From the NCBI GenBank assembly GCA_963666285.1, contig OY762711.1: a DNA stretch of 64,000 nucleotides; one strand, given 5' to 3'. This stretch comes from Sedimentisphaerales bacterium. Its GTDB lineage: Bacteria > Planctomycetota > Phycisphaerae > Sedimentisphaerales > SM23-30. Below the pieces are notes generated by a model. The model saw only the letters and a list, made by a program, of their open reading frames with translations. It ran no database searches and was not told the DNA's origin. This document shows positions 50,464 through 60,103 of this stretch, in pieces (within the stretch, counting starts at the first letter, position 1; the number at the start of each line of letters is the position of its first letter). The position numbers and the translations under genes were made by a program.

Positions 50464-51033
50464 TTACTTACCAAACGCTTTACCAACCTTGCGGACAATA
50501 CGCTCACCTTTATAGCGAATGCCTTTACCCTGGTATGGCTCTGGCGGACGAACTTTCTTACACTTCGCGGCAAACTGGCCTACTGCCTGCTTATCTGGTC
50601 CGCTGATTGAAAATGCTGCTGGTGTATCATTACCACGAGCATTTGGAGTTGTTATTTCAACTGTTACTCCGGCAGGTACTTCCAGCTTAAATGGCTTGGC
50701 TGTACCAACTGTAAGTTCGATATCTTTTCCAGCCTGTTTGACGCCGTAACCGGTACCGTATACTTCCAGCTCTTTCTTATAACCTTTTGATACACCTTCT
50801 ATCATATTGGCAATCAAAGCCCTGGTTGTGCCATGAAGTGATCTGGACAGACGTTCATCATCTACTCTTGTTACCAGAATCTGTTTGCCTTCAGAATCAT
50901 ATTCAACTTTTACTTTTACATGAGCTTCCCAGGTCAAAGTTGCAGTTGATGAAGCTACCTTGATCAACTGACCTTTAACTTCTACTGTTACTCCTGCTGG
51001 TACTTCTATTGGTTGTTTTCCTATACGACTCAT
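50464..51033 (-). CDS. rplF: 50S ribosomal protein uL6
   Basis: MSRIGKQPI, RPPEPYQGKGIRY. Confidence 0.98.
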   Translation of the reverse strand: MSRIGKQPIEVPAGVTVEVKGQLIKVASSTATLTWEAHVKVKVEYDSEGKQILVTRVDDERLSRSLHGTTRALIANMIEGVSKGYKKELEVYGTGYGVKQAGKDIELTVGTAKPFKLEVPAGVTVEITTPNARGNDTPAAFSISGPDKQAVGQFAAKCKKVRPPEPYQGKGIRYKGERIVRKVGKAFGK

Positions 51034-51072
51034 ATCTAAATATTCCAAATTAATCGTTTATTGTTTCGATTT

Positions 51073-51474
51073 TTAACATACTGTACATAGTAGTTCGCCG
51101 CCGACTTTTTCCTGTCGACATTGTGCATCGCTCATTACGCCTTTATTAGTGCTTACTATTCCTATTCCCAGACCGCCCATTACTTTAGGCATGTCTGCTA
51201 CTGAAAAGTAAACTCGGCATGATGGCTTGCTGATTCTTTTGATCTCGTTTATAACCTTTTCGCCCAGCACACCATATTTCAAGGTGATTCGCAGATCTGG
51301 CTGCTTGTTACTGGTTTCGATTATGTCAAAATCTTCGATATACCCCTGGTCTTTTAGCACTTTCGCAATACCCTGGCATACTTTTGATGACCTTACTGTC
51401 ACATTTGAATGCTCAATTCGTACTGCGTTGCGAATTCTTGTCAGCATATCTGATATTGGATCACAATGACTCAT
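51073..51474 (-). CDS. rpsH: 30S ribosomal protein uS8
   Basis: DPISDMLTRIRNA, STNKGVM, GGELLC. Confidence 0.98.
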   Translation of the reverse strand: MSHCDPISDMLTRIRNAVRIEHSNVTVRSSKVCQGIAKVLKDQGYIEDFDIIETSNKQPDLRITLKYGVLGEKVINEIKRISKPSCRVYFSVADMPKVMGGLGIGIVSTNKGVMSDAQCRQEKVGGELLCTVC

Positions 51475-51578
51475 ATTTATCTTACTCCAAAGTCAGGTCT
51501 ATTACCTTAATTCAAACCTTGTCATTATATTGATATCCGGCTTTTTCAGTTTACCGGCGATATTATCTCTCGTGGCTT

Positions 51579-51764
51579 TTACCAACTTGCCTTTTTAACA
51601 CCCGGTATCTTGCCTTCACTTGCAAGATTACGGAAACAGATTCGGCATATCTTGAACTTACGATATACTGCTCTTGGTCTGCCGCATAGCTGGCAGCGGG
51701 TGTAACTGCGAACCTTAAATTTAGGTGTTGCTTCAGCTTTATTTCTTAATGCCTTACTAGCCAT
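51579..51764 (-). CDS. rpsN: 30S ribosomal protein uS14 (short Zn-binding type)
   Basis: [22 protein letters not shown]. Confidence 0.98.
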   Translation of the reverse strand: MASKALRNKAEATPKFKVRSYTRCQLCGRPRAVYRKFKICRICFRNLASEGKIPGVKKASW

Positions 51765-51825
51765 AAACGCCTCTATAAACTTTGTTTAATTTCTTTATCT
51801 TGTAAACCGCTATTTAGCTTCTACT

Positions 51826-52380
51826 TTACTGATTGTCATTCTTGCCCCGGAACGGCATTCCAAACAAACCAAGCATTTTTCGTGCTTCGTCATCTGTCTT
51901 TGCTGATGTTACCATGGCAATATTCATTCCCTGAACCTTTGTGATACTGTCTGGATCTACTTCAGGAAATACAGTCTGTTCTGTCAAACCCATACTGTAA
52001 TTACCGCGACCGTCAAAACCTTTTGGATTCAATCCACGGAAGTCACGTACACGAGGTATTGTCAGTGAAATCAATCTGTCCAAAAACTCGTACATCATTG
52101 GACCGCGTAATGTGACCTTACAGCCTACCGGCATGCCTTCACGAAGCTTAAAGTTAGATACGCTCTTTTTAGCAGGGCATACCTGGGGCTTCTGACCGGT
52201 GATTGTAGTCATATCCTTGACTGCTCCCTCGACAAGTTTCTTGTCACGAGAACCTTCACCAACACCCATTGATACTACTATCTTTTCCAGCTTAGGTATC
52301 ATCATTGGGTTTTTATAGTTATACTCTTCGCTTAGCTTTTTGCGAATTTCTGATTTATATAATGCTTCCAGTCGGGTCAT
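51826..52380 (-). CDS. rplE: 50S ribosomal protein uL5
   Basis: [20 protein letters not shown]. Confidence 0.98.
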   Translation of the reverse strand: MTRLEALYKSEIRKKLSEEYNYKNPMMIPKLEKIVVSMGVGEGSRDKKLVEGAVKDMTTITGQKPQVCPAKKSVSNFKLREGMPVGCKVTLRGPMMYEFLDRLISLTIPRVRDFRGLNPKGFDGRGNYSMGLTEQTVFPEVDPDSITKVQGMNIAMVTSAKTDDEARKMLGLFGMPFRGKNDNQ

Positions 52381-52396
52381 CTTAATTTAACCTTAT

Positions 52397-52708
52397 TTAA
52401 TCTATTTGGTTACCAGAAACTGATACTCTTACTTTTTTACCTTTTACAACTTTATAACCTACACGGGTTGGCTTACCGGCTTTTGTGTCGATTGGCATTA
52501 CCTTGCTTATATGGATTGCTTTCTCTACACGAAGTCTGCCGCCCTGTGGATTCATCTGGGTTGGCCTTACATGCTTGGTGACTACATTAACGCCCTGAAC
52601 TACTACTTGTTCTTTTTCTGCGTTAACACTTAGTACTTTTGCCCTGGTGCCTTTACTTTCACCTGACATTACCATTACTGTATCGCCTTTTTTGATACGC
52701 TGTGCCAT
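52397..52708 (-). CDS. rplX: 50S ribosomal protein uL24
   Basis: IKKGDTV.V.SG, GVN..KH, IHISKV. Confidence 0.96.
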   Translation of the reverse strand: MAQRIKKGDTVMVMSGESKGTRAKVLSVNAEKEQVVVQGVNVVTKHVRPTQMNPQGGRLRVEKAIHISKVMPIDTKAGKPTRVGYKVVKGKKVRVSVSGNQID

Positions 52709-52709
52709 A

Positions 52710-53096
52710 TCACACCACCTCCGATGCTAGTGAAATAATTTTCATGAAATTCTTTTCACGTAACTCACGTGCTACCGCACCAAAAATACGTGTTCCCATC
52801 GGGTTGCCATTATCATCTATAAGTATACCGGCATTACTATCAAATCTTACATAGCTGCCGTCCGGACGACGGACCGGGTACTTACTGCGAATGATTACGC
52901 AACGATATACTTTCTTCGGATCAAGATTAGATGTAGGCAATTGTTTCTTTATTGCTACCTTTATCACATCACCTATTGTCGCGGTTTTTCGTGTCTTCTT
53001 TCCGCGGGCAGTACTGCCGCCCAATACACGGATACACATTGCTTCGCGGGCACCTGTATTGTCGGCAATATCTATTATTGTTTCCTGCTGTATCAT
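52710..53096 (-). CDS. rplN: 50S ribosomal protein uL14
   Basis: MIQ..ADNTGA, GTRIFGAVARELR. Confidence 0.98.
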   Translation of the reverse strand: MIQQETIIDIADNTGAREAMCIRVLGGSTARGKKTRKTATIGDVIKVAIKKQLPTSNLDPKKVYRCVIIRSKYPVRRPDGSYVRFDSNAGILIDDNGNPMGTRIFGAVARELREKNFMKIISLASEVV

Positions 53097-53137
53097 CAGT
53101 TAATTCCTGTATATTTATCGATACTGATTCCGGGTTA

Positions 53138-53407
53138 TTAACCTTCAATTACTCTTACGAGTCTCCAGAATTTCGTTTTACTCATCGGACGGCACTTGGC
53201 AATATCTACTGTATCGCCTGGCTTGGCTGTATTCAGCTCATCATGCACATGAGCAACTGTTGTTCTTTTTAATCTCTTGCCGTATTTTGGATGTTTCACC
53301 ATATAGTCCAAGAGAACCTTAACAGTTTTGTCGCCTGATTTGCTGCTCACTGTTCCGCGGTAAGTTTTAAGTTTTTTGCGTTCGTTTGTCGCCATTACTT
53401 TTTCCAT
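53138..53407 (-). CDS. rpsQ: 30S ribosomal protein uS17 (start may be 53395)
   Basis: HPKYGK, HVHDE, RPMSKTK.W. Confidence 0.97.
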   Translation of the reverse strand: MEKVMATNERKKLKTYRGTVSSKSGDKTVKVLLDYMVKHPKYGKRLKRTTVAHVHDELNTAKPGDTVDIAKCRPMSKTKFWRLVRVIEG

Positions 53408-53417
53408 TCAAAACTTG

Positions 53418-53621
53418 TTATGCTTGTTCAGCCGCTATTTCACGCTCACGTATAATAGTCTTTACTCTTGCTATGTCACGCTTTACTTGTTTGAATAAAG
53501 TTGTGTCTTCAACTTTTTCAGTTACTTTCTGACAACGCAGGTCAAATGCCTTACGCTTTAGAGATTCTAACTGATCTCCAAGCTCTTCGTTATTCATTCC
53601 ACGTATTTCATCAATCTTCAT
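53418..53621 (-). CDS. rpmC: 50S ribosomal protein uL29
   Basis: Operon position; KRDIARVKTIIRE. Confidence 0.95.
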   Translation of the reverse strand: MKIDEIRGMNNEELGDQLESLKRKAFDLRCQKVTEKVEDTTLFKQVKRDIARVKTIIREREIAAEQA

Positions 53622-53679
53622 TGTATATATCTCTTATTTAATCGATTCTAATACTACTGTTCGCCTATCATCACTTTTC

Positions 53680-54096
53680 TTATATATGACGACGCTTTAC
53701 AAAACGACATTTTACAGGCATCTTATGTGCTACTCGAAGTAATGCCATCTTGGCTGCTTCTTCAGGAACTCCGCCGATTTCATACAGTACTGTTCCTGGT
53801 TTTACATGTGCTACCCATGCATCCGGTTCACCTTTTCCCTTACCCATACGAACTTCAAGCGGCTTCGCTGAAATTGAACGATGCGGGAATATTCGGATAT
53901 ATATCTTACCTTCTCGTCTCAAAAAGTGAGTAGCTGCAATACGGCCAGACTCGATTGTCTTAGCTGTTATACGGCCAGGGGCAAGACTCTGTAGTCCAAA
54001 TTCGCCATACGCGACATAATTTCCGCGTGTTGCGTTTCCTTTTATTTTGCCTCGCTGAAACTTACGATGCTTTACTCTTTTTGGCATCATTGCCAT
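53680..54096 (-). CDS. rplP: 50S ribosomal protein uL16
   Basis: PKRVKHRK, RMGKGKG. Confidence 0.98.
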   Translation of the reverse strand: MAMMPKRVKHRKFQRGKIKGNATRGNYVAYGEFGLQSLAPGRITAKTIESGRIAATHFLRREGKIYIRIFPHRSISAKPLEVRMGKGKGEPDAWVAHVKPGTVLYEIGGVPEEAAKMALLRVAHKMPVKCRFVKRRHI

Positions 54097-54167
54097 GGCT
54101 CATATCCTCGTTATATCAAAAAAGCGTTATCTTTATTATCAAAATTTAATAACTATATCTGTTCTTA

Positions 54168-54869
54168 CTAGTCTCTGTTGCGTCCGCCTCTGCCGCCTTT
54201 GCGTGGAGGCTGTTTTACCGGAACAATCTCTTCGCCGTATTTGCCCAGGTAAACCCAAACCTTAATACCTATGATACCATAAGTACAACGAGCCAGGCTC
54301 AACGCGTAATCTACATTTGCATCCAGAGTCTGTAGCGGAATTGAACCCAGGATCTGAGTTTCACTTCTTGCCAGTTCTGCTCCGCCCAAACGACCTGAAC
54401 AAATGATTTTAACTCCTTTGGCTCCTGATGCCATCGCTGTTTCACATGCCTGCTTCATTACACGGCGGAAAGCTGCTCGACGTTTCAACTGCTCGCCAAT
54501 ATTTTCTCCTATCAGCTGAGCATTCAATTCAGGATTCTTTATCTCTGATACATTTACTGTTACCTTACGGTTGATCAGATCTTCAAGTGCTTCGCGAAGT
54601 TTTTCTATTTCAGCACCCTTTGGGCCAATTACTATACCTGGACGCGATGTATGTAATGTTATACGAACATCATCACGGGTTCTTTCGATTTCTGTCCTGG
54701 CCAGGGCGCCGTAAGGCTGACGACGATTCAATCTATCATCTAGAAACTTACGAATCTTCTGGTCTTCTACGAGGCAAACGCCAAATGCCTGCTTTGGAGC
54801 AAACCAGCGACTCTGCCATCCTAGGGTTATGCCTGTTCTAAAACCAATTGGCGATACTTTTTGACCCAT
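54168..54869 (-). CDS. rpsC: 30S ribosomal protein uS3
   Basis: MGQKVSPIGFR, SGRLGGAELAR, YGIIGIKVW. Confidence 0.98.
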   Translation of the reverse strand: MGQKVSPIGFRTGITLGWQSRWFAPKQAFGVCLVEDQKIRKFLDDRLNRRQPYGALARTEIERTRDDVRITLHTSRPGIVIGPKGAEIEKLREALEDLINRKVTVNVSEIKNPELNAQLIGENIGEQLKRRAAFRRVMKQACETAMASGAKGVKIICSGRLGGAELARSETQILGSIPLQTLDANVDYALSLARCTYGIIGIKVWVYLGKYGEEIVPVKQPPRKGGRGGRNRD

Positions 54870-54918
54870 TATTTTACCTCTATATATTTACTACGCTTTG
54901 CGGTATTTTTTATTTCTT

Positions 54919-55491
54919 CTAATCGTTTAAATCTACTGTTATATAAATATGACTTGCCAGTTTTGTAAATGGTACGGCACGACCTCTGTCCTTCGGACGC
55001 CAGCGTCTTGTTCCGCGACGTATGCCCGCCCCATCTACTCGTGACTCACTGATATACAGGTTTGTTATATCAACTTCCTGCTCGTCCGCATTTGCTATCG
55101 CACTCTTTAATACCTGGCTAACATAGTATGCTGCTCTCTTGTTGGTAAACTTCAGAATATCTAGTGCATCCTGAACATTGCGATCGCGAATCATATCAGC
55201 AACTAAACGTACCTTGCGTGGTGCCATCGGGCAGAACTTATGTGTAGCAGACCAGGTCTCTAATGCATCTTTGCCTACGCTTAATGCTGAGGCCAGCTTC
55301 TGAACTTCTTCTGCTTTTGGACGCGGACTATATAAACCGCGTTCCCAGTTCTTTACCTTACCAAGGCACTTCTTAAACTCTCTGGCTTTGAGCTCTGTAT
55401 TTACATTCCCCGGCATCAGTGCTCTTGCTAGAGCATCTATGGTCATTCCGGACTCTTCTCGACAGTATTGTAATTTTTCACCGTTTAGCAT
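54919..55491 (-). CDS. rplV: 50S ribosomal protein uL22 fused to N-terminal XRE-type HTH domain
   Basis: aa 80-190: PRKVRLVAD.IR, LKSAIANA, RPKDRGRA, SHI; aa 1-79: L..CREESGMT..LA...NWERG..P....LASALSV. Confidence 0.92.
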   Translation of the reverse strand: MLNGEKLQYCREESGMTIDALARALMPGNVNTELKAREFKKCLGKVKNWERGLYSPRPKAEEVQKLASALSVGKDALETWSATHKFCPMAPRKVRLVADMIRDRNVQDALDILKFTNKRAAYYVSQVLKSAIANADEQEVDITNLYISESRVDGAGIRRGTRRWRPKDRGRAVPFTKLASHIYITVDLND

Positions 55492-55560
55492 CAGTGTTTT
55501 CCTAAATCCAGGTTAATAATATATATTACTAAATCCTAAATCATTTTTATATTCAAGCGG

Positions 55561-55833
55561 TTATTTTTTCTTCTTATCTGCTCCATGACCGCGATAGTTG
55601 CGTGTCGGAGAGAATTCACCTAGCTTATGACCTACCATATCTTCGGTCACATATACTTTATGGAACATTCTTCCATTATGAACCATAAAAGTATAACCTA
55701 CAAACTCCGGTACGATTGTACAACGACGTGCCCAGGTCTTTACCGGATCTTTTTTGTTGGTTTCTTCCAACTTCATAACCTTTTTGTACAACTTTTCATC
55801 TACAAAAGGGCCTTTTTTTAATGAACGTGGCAT
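55561..55833 (-). CDS. rpsS: 30S ribosomal protein uS19
   Basis: [23 protein letters not shown]. Confidence 0.98.
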   Translation of the reverse strand: MPRSLKKGPFVDEKLYKKVMKLEETNKKDPVKTWARRCTIVPEFVGYTFMVHNGRMFHKVYVTEDMVGHKLGEFSPTRNYRGHGADKKKK

Positions 55834-55869
55834 AGCCTTTTCCTTTTAATTCCTTTTACGGTTTATCTT

Positions 55870-56721
55870 TTACAGTACCAACTGTCCGTAATGTTTACTC
55901 TTACGTCTACGGATAATATGTTTGTTACTTGCTTTTCGCTTAGCACGGGTCTTGCCGCCCTTAGCATAAAGACCTGTTGGTGAACACGGATGACGACCAC
56001 CATTTGATCGGCCTTCACCACCACCCATTGGATGGCTTACTGGGTTCTGTGCCTTACCGCGAACGTGTGGCCTGCGACCCATGTGGCGTTTACGACCGGC
56101 TTTTCCTATTCTCACCAGCTGGTGATCTGTATTTCCTATCTGACCGATTGTTGCTCGGCATGATGCATGAATCATTCGCATTTCACCGCTTGGCATGATC
56201 AGTGTGATATATTTTTCATCTTTACCGGCAATACGAGCTACTGATCCGGCTGACCGTACCAGTTTGCCGCCCTGCCCTGGATTCAGTTCAATATTATGAA
56301 CTTCCATACCATTCGGTATGTTTTTCAATGGCATGCAGTTTCCTACTTTTGGCTCTACCTTGTCGCCTGACTCGATTGTTTCGCCTACTGTCAGACCTAC
56401 CGGAGCAAGGATATAGCTCTTTTCGCCGTCTGAATATTGCACTAACGCTATATGACAGGTACGGTTTGGATCATATTCAATTCCAATTACTTCTGCTGCC
56501 ATATTATCTTTCAGACGCTTGAAATCTACCATACGGTAAATCTTACGGGCGCCACCACCACGGAAACGGACTGTTGTCTTTCCACTGTGGTTTCGGCCGC
56601 CATGCTTCTTTATACGCTTGACCAGTGTCTTTTCGGGTTTGGTCTTGGTAACTTCTGCGTAATCGTTTACTGAAGCATTTCTTCTACCGGCACTTGTCGG
56701 CTTGTAAACACGAATACCCAT
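55870..56721 (-). CDS. rplB: 50S ribosomal protein uL2
   Basis: [15 protein letters not shown]. Confidence 0.98.
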   Translation of the reverse strand: MGIRVYKPTSAGRRNASVNDYAEVTKTKPEKTLVKRIKKHGGRNHSGKTTVRFRGGGARKIYRMVDFKRLKDNMAAEVIGIEYDPNRTCHIALVQYSDGEKSYILAPVGLTVGETIESGDKVEPKVGNCMPLKNIPNGMEVHNIELNPGQGGKLVRSAGSVARIAGKDEKYITLIMPSGEMRMIHASCRATIGQIGNTDHQLVRIGKAGRKRHMGRRPHVRGKAQNPVSHPMGGGEGRSNGGRHPCSPTGLYAKGGKTRAKRKASNKHIIRRRKSKHYGQLVL

Positions 56722-56835
56722 TTATTATCTTTCCTTAATTCTCTATGCCGTTTCAACCCATTAAGAAACAGCCGTTTATCTTTATGGCTTCGCTGTCGTT
56801 TCGACGGCTCAACCTGAGTTCACTACCTGACTTAA

Positions 56836-57114
56836 CTAGAACAAATCTATTCTGCTGTCTGCATCTAATACTACGACAGCTTTTTTCCAGTCGGCCTTGT
56901 GGCCCATTACCCATCCGCGACGGGCTGGCTTGCCCTTGCGTGTCATTGTTCTGACATCTATTACTTTTACACCGTAAATCTCTTCGATAGCCTGCTTGAT
57001 ATCAGTCTTATTGGCTTTCTTGTCTACTTCAAAAATGTAAGCATTCAAGAATGACTGCTGCATTGTACCTTTTTCTGTTATTAACGGTCTTTTTATTACT
57101 TGATACTTGTCCAC
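56836..57114 (-). CDS. rplW: 50S ribosomal protein uL23
   Basis: PLITEK, ANK.DIKQAIE, WKKAVV; GTG start. Confidence 0.97.
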   Translation of the reverse strand: MDKYQVIKRPLITEKGTMQQSFLNAYIFEVDKKANKTDIKQAIEEIYGVKVIDVRTMTRKGKPARRGWVMGHKADWKKAVVVLDADSRIDLF

Positions 57115-57138
57115 TTAATTAACCTCAGTACAAGGATT

Positions 57139-57774
57139 TTAGTTTTCTGCTTTTACCTGCGGGTTTACCAGGCAATCAAGAGACTTCTTTGTCAAAAGAA
57201 GCTTACGTTTGTTAACGATATCGCCTGCATTTAACTGGTCAACTTCCATAACATCTACTTTATTGATATTACGTATTGACTTGTATACATTTACATCATA
57301 ATCGTCGATTGCTACCAAACAGCTGCGGTCGATCTTTAGATTTTTCAGAATCAATGCAAACTCTTTGGTCTTGGGTGCTGTAAATTCTATCTTGTCAATT
57401 ACCATCAGGTCTTCTGCCTTGATCTTTGCCAGAATTGCACTGTTACGTGCCAGGCGACGCTGTTTCTTTGGCATACGCTGTGAAAAATCGCGGGCATACT
57501 TGGCAAACGCTACACCGCCACCACGGCGAACACATGTGCGGTTGTTACCGACTCGAGCTCTACCTGTTCCTTTTTGGCGGTATAGTTTACGGGTTGAACC
57601 CGCTTTCATGCCACGGCTCTTATTCGCAGCTGTACCCTGACGCTTATTTGCATGGTACATAACTATGGCCTGCTTCAAAAGAGCATTACGAACTACTGTA
57701 CCTAATGCAGCCGGATCTATCTGAACTTTTTCTAGTTCCTGGCCTTCTTTATTATATACTGGTAACTCTATCAT
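57139..57774 (-). CDS. rplD: 50S ribosomal protein uL4
   Basis: RQKGTGRAR, RGGGVAF, PKTK. Confidence 0.98.
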   Translation of the reverse strand: MIELPVYNKEGQELEKVQIDPAALGTVVRNALLKQAIVMYHANKRQGTAANKSRGMKAGSTRKLYRQKGTGRARVGNNRTCVRRGGGVAFAKYARDFSQRMPKKQRRLARNSAILAKIKAEDLMVIDKIEFTAPKTKEFALILKNLKIDRSCLVAIDDYDVNVYKSIRNINKVDVMEVDQLNAGDIVNKRKLLLTKKSLDCLVNPQVKAEN

Positions 57775-57795
57775 TTTTTCGCCTTACTATTCAGC

Positions 57796-58437
57796 CTAGT
57801 TCTTAAACTTAGCTTTCTTAACCATTACGTAACCGTTATTTGGGCCTGCTACAGCACCTTTAACAATTATCAGATTATTTTCTGTGTCTATTCCCATTAC
57901 TTTAAGATTCTTGGTGGTGCAACGCTCGTGACCCATATGACCGGCCATCTTTTTACCTTTTCGGATACCGCGACTGCAACCGGCACTTCCACTGTTTGAA
58001 CCGATACCACCTGGATGACGGTGCTTACGTTCACAACCATGTGTGGCGTCCATACCCTTAAAGTGATGACGTTTCATTACACCGGCGGTACCTTTTCCTT
58101 TGGTGGTGCCGATTACGTCAACGAAATTAATTTCTTCAAATATCTCTACTGTCAGCTGCTGACCTAACTCTACTTCTGCCGGACTATCAATACGATCTTC
58201 ACGTACAAAATATTTTGGAGCTGTTTCTGCTTTAGCTGCATGACCTACTGCAGGTTTCTTGCGACGGTTTTCTTTTACGTCGTTAAAACCTATCTGTACG
58301 GCATTATAACCATCTGACTCTTCTGTCTTGACCTGCATTACAGAACAAGGACCAGCCTGAATCAGGGTAACAGGTACTGACTTACCCCCTTCATCATACA
58401 TTCTGGTCATGCCGACTTTTTTTCCTAAAAGCATCAT
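57796..58437 (-). CDS. rplC: 50S ribosomal protein uL3
   Basis: GKKVGMT, DGYNAVQ, KGKG..GVMKRH, GKKMAGHMG. Confidence 0.98.
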   Translation of the reverse strand: MMLLGKKVGMTRMYDEGGKSVPVTLIQAGPCSVMQVKTEESDGYNAVQIGFNDVKENRRKKPAVGHAAKAETAPKYFVREDRIDSPAEVELGQQLTVEIFEEINFVDVIGTTKGKGTAGVMKRHHFKGMDATHGCERKHRHPGGIGSNSGSAGCSRGIRKGKKMAGHMGHERCTTKNLKVMGIDTENNLIIVKGAVAGPNNGYVMVKKAKFKN

Positions 58438-58539
58438 AGTTAATACTTCCTGTTATTTTCTAAAAATTTAACGTTCTGTTTATTTGCAAAGTTACGATCT
58501 GTTTAACGAGCAGTTGATCCTTTTCGACCAACTGAATTA

Positions 58540-58848
58540 TCACACACGTATCTTTACAAAAACACCCGCAGGTACAACAAGCCGATTCAAGGCTTCTACT
58601 GTATGCGGGTTGGCGTTGTAAATATCTATCAATCTCTTGTGGGTTCTCATTTCGAACTGTTCGCGAGATTTCTTGTCAATATGCGGCGAACGTAGCACGG
58701 TGTATCTTTCAATACGTGTAGGCAACGGTACTGGACCACTGACTTTTGCGTTGGTACGTAGTGCTTGCTCAACGATCTCTTTTGCCGAGGCATCCAGGGC
58801 TTTATGATCGTACGCTTCCATTCTGATTCTAATTTTTTCGGCTTCCAC
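58540..58848 (-). CDS. rpsJ: 30S ribosomal protein uS10
   Basis: [30 protein letters not shown] start after GGAG. Confidence 0.98.
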   Translation of the reverse strand: MEAEKIRIRMEAYDHKALDASAKEIVEQALRTNAKVSGPVPLPTRIERYTVLRSPHIDKKSREQFEMRTHKRLIDIYNANPHTVEALNRLVVPAGVFVKIRV

Positions 58849-58929
58849 TAAGCCAACTCCGTCTTATTTTAATGGTTTATATTGTCTTAGCGCCTGCATA
58901 CACTGCAAGCATATTGCGATAGACCCGTA

Positions 58930-58958
58930 ATTGTAACGTTCTATGACAATTCTGTCAA
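58930..58958 (-). promoter_or_regulatory. Sigma70 promoter, proximal to S10 operon
   Basis: TTGACA-17 nt-TACAAT, AT-rich upstream. Confidence 0.75.
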
Positions 58959-58991
58959 CTAAAACAAAAAACAAAAATAATTTATAATTAG

Positions 58992-59148
58992 CAACTTGAA
59001 GCTTACGCGGGGGAAATAGTGAAGGAATAAAGAGTTATGTACCGATAACTTTATCTGATAAAGTTCGTCCTCTCGGCACTCTCTTGTCTAACCTACACTT
59101 CACGCGAAAATCCTGTGTCCAGAATATCTCCGCTCGCTTCAGTTGAGA
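58992..59148 (-). ncRNA. Candidate rod-shaped ncRNA or long leader upstream of rpsJ
   Basis: Seven nested helices from 5' CAACU/AGUUG to apical AACUUUAU/AUAAAGUU; begins right after a strong promoter. Confidence 0.55.
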
Positions 59149-59154
59149 CGGGAC

Positions 59155-59183
59155 ATTATATGTGCTTATTCTTGTACCGTCAA
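59155..59183 (-). promoter_or_regulatory. Sigma70 promoter (distal), stable-RNA-like
   Basis: TTGACG-17 nt-TATAAT, T-tract UP element, GC-rich discriminator GTCCCG. Confidence 0.8.
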
Positions 59184-59244
59184 TAAAAAAATAAAAAAAA
59201 TGATCCCGAAAAGAATTATTCTGCTATATTGCCTTTAAAATAGT

Positions 59245-59279
59245 AAAGCAGACTGTAGTAAATACAGCCTGCTTTTTTT
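59245..59279 (-). terminator. Terminator after cheW
   Basis: AAAGCAGGCUGUA-UUUAC-UACAGUCUGCUUU. Confidence 0.7.
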
Positions 59280-59360
59280 GCAACTAATTAGAAATAAGAG
59301 AGTTAAAGTAAAATTACTTATTACGTCTCTTCCTGACCGTCCCGGCCCTTATCGGCTTTC

Positions 59361-59852
59361 TTAAAATCCGGATAACTGGGTACCTGCCAGTACCTGGTCG
59401 ATATCCAGCAATATCTTGACATTATCGCCTACTTTTCCCATCCCAAGAATATAATCTGTATTTACCTGGTTGCCAAACTCAGGTGATGGCTCTATCTGCT
59501 CTTCCTGGATATCCAGAACTTCAGATACATTATCCACAATTATACCAACCTGAACACTGCTTCCGTCGAGATCAACCTCAACTACTATAATACAGGTTTG
59601 TTCTGTTACCTCTTTTTCTTCCATACTGAAGCGACTGCGTAAATCTATTATTGGTATTACCTGGCCACGCAGATTGATCACACCTTTCACCTCTGACGGT
59701 GTCTGTGGGACACTTGTAATATCCTGATAACCGATTATTTCTTTTACTTTCAGTATTTCCAGCCCAAATTCTTCCTGGCCTAATGCAAAAGTTAAATATA
59801 AGCCAGATTTTGCTCGTGAGCCGCGACTTTCAATGTTTGTTGTTCCTGACAT
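59361..59852 (-). CDS. cheW: Chemotaxis adaptor CheW
   Basis: YLTFALG.E.FG, VKGVINLRGQVIPIIDL, GIIVD.VSEV. Confidence 0.95.
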   Translation of the reverse strand: MSGTTNIESRGSRAKSGLYLTFALGQEEFGLEILKVKEIIGYQDITSVPQTPSEVKGVINLRGQVIPIIDLRSRFSMEEKEVTEQTCIIVVEVDLDGSSVQVGIIVDNVSEVLDIQEEQIEPSPEFGNQVNTDYILGMGKVGDNVKILLDIDQVLAGTQLSGF

Positions 59853-60103
59853 CTGACATATCTCCTGATTATATATATATTTATGTCAAATACATAGTTT
59901 GCTTTTCCCCGAAACATCCAATAGCTTCGGCACAATCCATATCGAGTCGTTTTTATCGCTGAATTATCTATTTTAATTCTTCACATAAATGACTATCTGA
60001 TAAATAACTGTTAAAAAATAACTTATACAAATTAAAAACATCTTAATTTTCAGGAGAATATACTTTATTATGTTATTATAGGACTACAAACTTTGGGCAA
60101 CTT

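Noticed and set aside
42587..57662. Many plus-strand ORFs over the ribosomal operon, including 56745..56954
   Set aside because: Antisense shadows of conserved genes with no independent motifs.
59047..59065. TTTATCAGA similarity to an rRNA operon leader
   Set aside because: No boxA and no rRNA or tRNA gene follows.
59920..59975. Possible sigma28 promoter for cheW (GCCGAAGC or CTCGATAT -10)
   Set aside because: No convincing -35 at the right spacing.
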